A program made the translations under genes and the position numbers. Below the pieces are notes generated by a model. That model was not told where the DNA came from, ran no database searches, and saw only the letters and a list, made by a program, of their open reading frames with translations. A DNA stretch of 64,000 nucleotides from Vitrella brassicaformis CCMP3155 (lineage: Eukaryota > Protista > Chromerida), in NCBI GenBank assembly GCA_001179505.1, contig CDMY01000246.1, positions 62,001-126,000 on the forward strand, written 5' to 3'. Shown here piece after piece: positions 61,698 to 64,000 of the stretch (within the stretch, counting starts at the first letter, position 1; every line of letters starts with the position of its first letter).

Positions 61698-63828
61698 CAG
61701 GCGTATGAGGAGGACGGTGGCACATCCGGTGGTGAGGAGCGGTTCAATCAGTTCATATCACCCCCGCCCTGCCCCAAACTCGCATCACTCACAGAGCAAA
61801 ACAAAAAGTAAGCAGAAGCGGGCAGATGCACTACACGGGATGGGATGTACCACACATGGCACATGTCCGTCCGTCTCTCCGTCCGTGTGTCTGTGTTGTG
61901 TGTCTGTGCCCATGAGCAGGCAGCTCGCGCGGCTCTTCAAGGAGATCCGTCGCGTCTACAGCGCCTACCCCAACGAGGTAAACCTGCCGGTCTTCCACCA
62001 GCTGCTGCCCGACAGGCAGCACTACCTCATGGAGAAACACCTCAAGCAGACCACCAGTGCCATCCCACCCATACCCCCCTCGCCCACACCCAACACCCCC
62101 ACCAACACCGGCAACGGCAGTGGCAAGGGCAATCCTGCCGCCAGCAGCCCCACCACCCGCCCAATCCAGCCGTCCATCCGGCTGCCCAACGGGCTCATTC
62201 CTGCGGTGTCTTCCTCCCGGCTGATGACCAAACTCGCGCCCAAGGTCGCGGCGGACGGCCCTGCAGTGCAGCACGAGAGCGAGGACGAGGAGATGGAGCC
62301 GGTGGATGCGTCTGTGGTCGATGGGGACGGCTGTGACGGCGACGGCTGTGACGGTGATGGGTGCTGCGAGGGGGATGGGTGCGAGGAGGGGGAGGCCAGC
62401 CGTGTGCCGAGGGAGCGGGGCCCCTCGCCGCCCCTCGACCTCGATGCAGCCACGGGGCGGTCGGTCAAGCGGCGGCCGTCCCTTCCCGACTCCCAGATCA
62501 AGAAGAGGCGCGTCGACGGCGACAAGATGATGGCCATCATGCCGGCCTCCCACGTCGTCGACCCCGATGACGGCTGGGAGGACCCTTTCGCCCACACCCT
62601 CTCCCATGATGGGTGGATCCACCAGGACGCTGAGTGTGTTGACGGTGACGATGACGTCGAGGACGAGGGCGGCCCCAGCACCCCCGACGGCCCCGTCCCC
62701 CGCCTCAAGACAGACGTCTTCACCCCCCAGCACCGGCAGAAGGGCGCCGACTGCCCCCAGCGGCTGGCGACCGACTGCTCGATGGCTGACAACGGCACAT
62801 CAGACGACAACCGGAGTTCCGAAGATGGGGCCGGTGATGCGATGGATGACGGCGGGATGAATCGGGTGCGGCTGCGTGCGGCCATGAGGGCGCTGGGTGT
62901 GGGTGGGAAGGTGGTGTTGGGGGAGGAGCAGGGTGCGACGGCGCTGCTGGCGTCGCCCAAGGGTGCCGATTTTCTTGAGAGGTGCACGACCAACGACCTC
63001 ATGACGCTCATTCGCGCGGGGGACCTGACAGACGTCAAACTGCTCGTCGACTGGTGAGCAACGCCCCGCACACCCGTCAGATGTTGTCTCTCATGTGGTG
63101 TGGTGTTGTGCTGTGTCTGTCTCTCAGGATCAACACGGTGTCCCGCGGCTGGATGGACAACGCCCGTCGCGTGCTGACGACACTGACACGGCACTGCAAG
63201 GCCCCCGTGCGACACTACATCGTGTCGGCGGGCCAGCTGCTGCCCACGGTTGTGAAGCTGTGTCTGTTCGGCCTCAAGGACCACTTCCCGATCGAGCACG
63301 TCTACTCGTCGGCGGCCTACGGCAAGAAGGAGTGCTTCGAGCGCATCCTGGCCGACATCGTGCGCGAGCACAACCACCGGCGGCAGACCAAGGAGCGCCG
63401 GGGCGACAGCAGCGGGCGGTCGTGTGGCGGCGGCGGGGGCGCAAGTGTCGACTCCGCATCCTCCGGACACAGCGACGTGAGTGAAACACAAACAGACAGA
63501 CACGTCGAGCAGAGAGCGCCATGATTGTCATCCCTTGTCCTGTGCCTGCCTGTGTGTGTTGGTGCGTCAGGTGTTGAATGTTCGTGTGTGCGCGATTGGT
63601 GACGGTATTGAGGAGAGGGAGGCCGCTCACACTCTTGGAATCGACTTCTATGCGGTAAGGCAGCACGCCAGCTGCCCAACGACCGATCTGCAGACACCTC
63701 ACACCTTCATGTGTGCTGTGTTGTGTTGTGTTGTGTGTCAGGTTGAGGGATGGCAGGACCTCTACACCGTGCTGCGCGACTTCACCGGCCTCGAGCAAGC
63801 GGACCATGAACAAGACAGACCAGGGTAG
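60907..63828 (+). CDS. EYA: Eyes absent (EYA) family HAD phosphatase
   Basis: IYFLWDLDETLITFQCLL (motif I at 61282), RQLARLFKEIRRVY, WMDNARRVL, IVSAGQLLPTVVKLCLFGLKDHFPIEHVYSSAAYGKKECFERI and CAIGDGIEEREAA match the EYA domain. The start ATG is uncertain. Confidence 0.9.
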
Positions 63829-64000
63829 ACAGACGAGCCTCGCCCGCCCCCTGGCCCCTCCCTCTGCCCCTTCTCGTAGATCGGTGTTCCGTGATCATTA
63901 TTATCATTATCATTGTTATAACCTCTTTGCTCGATCGTCGACCCTTCCATCCATCCATCCATCCAGTCTTTAGGCACTAGAACGTCCACACTACTACTTG

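Overview
Gene-dense, GC-rich eukaryotic genomic DNA. Introns are short (mostly about 60-130 nt), GT-AG, and packed with microsatellites. The style suggests a chromerid alveolate such as Vitrella, which is an inference and was not verified. There are two 300-N assembly gaps. Genes were rebuilt by hand from splice sites. In order: CDK-like kinase A (minus, frameshifted); a lineage-specific coiled-coil + F-box-like + LRR-like gene (copy 1 of four; copies 1, 3 and 4 are disrupted); VPS13 (15.4 kb, minus); family copy 2; CDK-like kinase B; family copy 3; a BTB-BTB-TLDc gene; an FGGY/xylulokinase; a Regnase-type PIN + eIF4G-type MIF4G fusion; a U-box protein; family copy 4; a very large RNA-dependent RNA polymerase (12.3 kb, minus); and an Eyes-absent (EYA) phosphatase. 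A near-identical inverted duplication of about 3.6 kb (kinase plus the 5' exons of the family gene) brackets VPS13. The most interesting observations are three. (1) The PIN-MIF4G protein naturally carries the nuclease-dead Asp-to-Asn change. (2) The RdRP carries WG/GW putative Argonaute hooks, two RRM-like modules and a long RD-rich tail. (3) Many introns have 5'-(CA)n ... (TG)n-3' polarity and could fold into splice-site-bridging hairpins. No tRNA, rRNA, CRISPR array or transposase was recognised.
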